DNA of 63,738 nucleotides, filler included, from Octopus bimaculoides (lineage: Eukaryota): the NCBI RefSeq assembly GCF_001194135.2. It is 8 parts of 7 records of this genome, joined end to end, with 100 filler letters (N's around TTAATTAATTAA, not from the genome) between each part and the next. Parts side by side here need not be neighbours in the genome. Positions count along the whole stretch, not along the records: positions 60,212 to 62,466 come from NC_069010.1; positions 62,567 to 63,738 come from NW_026316744.1; 6 more parts are not named here. The stretch is one strand, 5' to 3'. The notes under the pieces were generated by a model. It saw only the letters and a list, made by a program, of their open reading frames with translations, ran no database searches and was not told where the DNA came from. Shown here piece by piece: positions 62,281 through 63,738 of the stretch (positions within the stretch are counted from its first letter, which is position 1; each line of letters opens with the position of its first letter). Both the position numbers and the translations under genes were made by a program.

Positions 62281-62466
62281 CATCATCATCAATATCATCG
62301 TTTAACGTCCGCTTTCCATGCTAGCATGGGTTGGACGATTTGACTGAGGACTGGTGGACCAGGAGGCGACACCAGGCTCCAATCTGATTTGGCAGAGTTT
62401 CTACAGCTGGATGCCCTTCCTAACGCCAACCACCCTGAGAGTGTAGTGGGTGCTTTTTACGTGTTA
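62281..62466 (-). mobile_element. RTE LINE 3' UTR (family D), close relative of the 54264-54512 copy
   Basis: The reverse complement aligns to ~54340-54519 with only scattered differences. Confidence 0.88.
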
Positions 62467-62566
62467 NNNNNNNNNNNNNNNNNNNNNNNNNNNNNNNNNN
62501 NNNNNNNNNNTTAATTAATTAANNNNNNNNNNNNNNNNNNNNNNNNNNNNNNNNNNNNNNNNNNNN
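62467..62566. other. Artificial scaffold join spacer
   Basis: 44N-TTAATTAATTAA-44N. Confidence 0.95.
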
Positions 62567-62834
62567 CCTTAACGTAGTTCTCGAGGATATTCAGCGTGAC
62601 ACAGTGTGACAAGGCAGACCCTTTGAAATAACAGGCACAACAGAAACAGGAAGTAAGAGTGAGAGAAAGTTGTGGTGAAAGAGTACAGCAGGGTTCGCCA
62701 CCATCCCCTGCCGGAGCCTCGTGGAGCTTTATGTGTTTCTGTTCAATAAACACTCACAACGCCCGGTCTGGGAATCGAAACCGCGATCCTATGACCGCGA
62801 GTCCGCTGCTCTAACCACTGGGCCATTGCGCCTC
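62567..62834 (-). mobile_element. SINE family B long variant, 5' two-thirds including the tRNA-like head
   Basis: Reverse-complement A/B boxes gggaatcgaaacc...ctctaaccactgggccattgcgcct. CpG-rich and little diverged. Confidence 0.88.
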
Positions 62835-62859
62835 TACACTACGATAGTAACGACAATGG

Positions 62860-63020
62860 AAAAAGCATCATCATCAGCAACAGTCAAGAAGAGCAGCATC
62901 TACAGCAGCAGCAGCAGAGGCAACATCAAGAACAACAGAAACCACAGCAACAGCAACGTCAGGAACAGAAGCAATATCAAGAGAGACATAAACAAAATCG
63001 GCAGAAACAACATCAGCAGC

Positions 63021-63072
<52 letters not shown>

Positions 63073-63195
63073 GTAATAACCAGAATATGCAGCAAATAAT
63101 ATTTAAAGTCAAGTGCAAACCGTGTGAGTCGTTTCAACTGATAATAGCAACAACGATGACGCCGATGACGACAAAACAACAATAACAACAAACAA
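62860..63195. repeat. Degenerate (CAA/CAG)n tract with a perfect (CAA)n core
   Basis: Directly visible; perfect run at ~63020-63070. Confidence 0.92.
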
Positions 63196-63738
63196 AAAGA
63201 AGGAAAAAGCTACAGTAACAAGCATTGGCTCCACCTACATTATCCCTTTTTTTTGTTGTTGTTTTGGGGTGGTGGTTGTTTTGCACGACGATATTATGAA
63301 GAAATTAACTCCACTAACAACGTTAGCAAACAAACAACATTAGCAATCAATCAACATTAACAACATCTATCGCAATTGAGGTCATAGAGAAGCTAACAAC
63401 AGTAGCTGCGTAAGCAACAGCATATTACACGACAATAATATCTAGAAACACGTCACAGTTAATGGCTGAGTGGGTTGGTTGTTTGTTTCTGTTATCTTGT
63501 TCTGTGTTCATTCCCCATTATAAGACCTTTTATGCAACATTTTTTTTTTACCATCACCTTGGATAGACCATTTCCTTGTGGGTGAAAACCTGTAAATGGA
63601 GCATGTGCAGAAATTTGTAGAAGATTTGTGTATGTACATACTTACATAAATACATAGAAACATACATATATATACGTACGTAGATATGTACATACATATG
63701 TATATATACATCTACACACACACACACATATATATATA

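Noticed and set aside
62860-63075. Polyglutamine coding exon (QEEQHLQQQQRQHQEQQ...)
   Set aside because: It is a degenerate (CAR)n tract like others in the window, ends in a stop, and has no splice sites or non-repetitive coding flank.

Overview
AT-rich, repeat-dense eukaryotic (metazoan) non-coding DNA from a fragmented draft assembly. About 7 kb (~11%) is N, in roughly 26 gaps, seven of which are artificial 44N-TTAATTAATTAA-44N scaffold joins. The SINE families, LINE relics and extreme microsatellite density look like an Octopus (coleoid cephalopod) genome; this is from recall, not a database search. I found no intact protein-coding gene, rRNA, real tRNA or CRISPR array. Nearly all ORFs in the track are microsatellite or N read-through artefacts. 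The real protein-like segments are decayed transposon ORFs: about nine R4/Dong-clade RLE non-LTR fragments, most abutting (TAA)n tracts and one nearly full length with a nested RTE LINE; CR1/L2-like, L1/Tx1-like and Penelope-like relics; and three mariner and one Tc1 transposase relics. Non-coding elements include a hAT MITE with a perfect 8-bp TSD, a Helitron-type element, fold-back MITEs, a putative solo LTR, and many copies of about four tRNA-type SINE families plus RTE 3' tails. The best leads are (i) repeated, stacked TAA-targeted insertion by several Dong subfamilies, (ii) a 79-bp 77/79-identical inverted pair and other fold-backs that could be dsRNA/ADAR substrates, (iii) a candidate 21-nt microexon with strong splice signals, and (iv) a decayed PLE-type hammerhead motif. 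I cannot support a clearly new biological system. Coordinates of decayed repeats were read by eye and are approximate.
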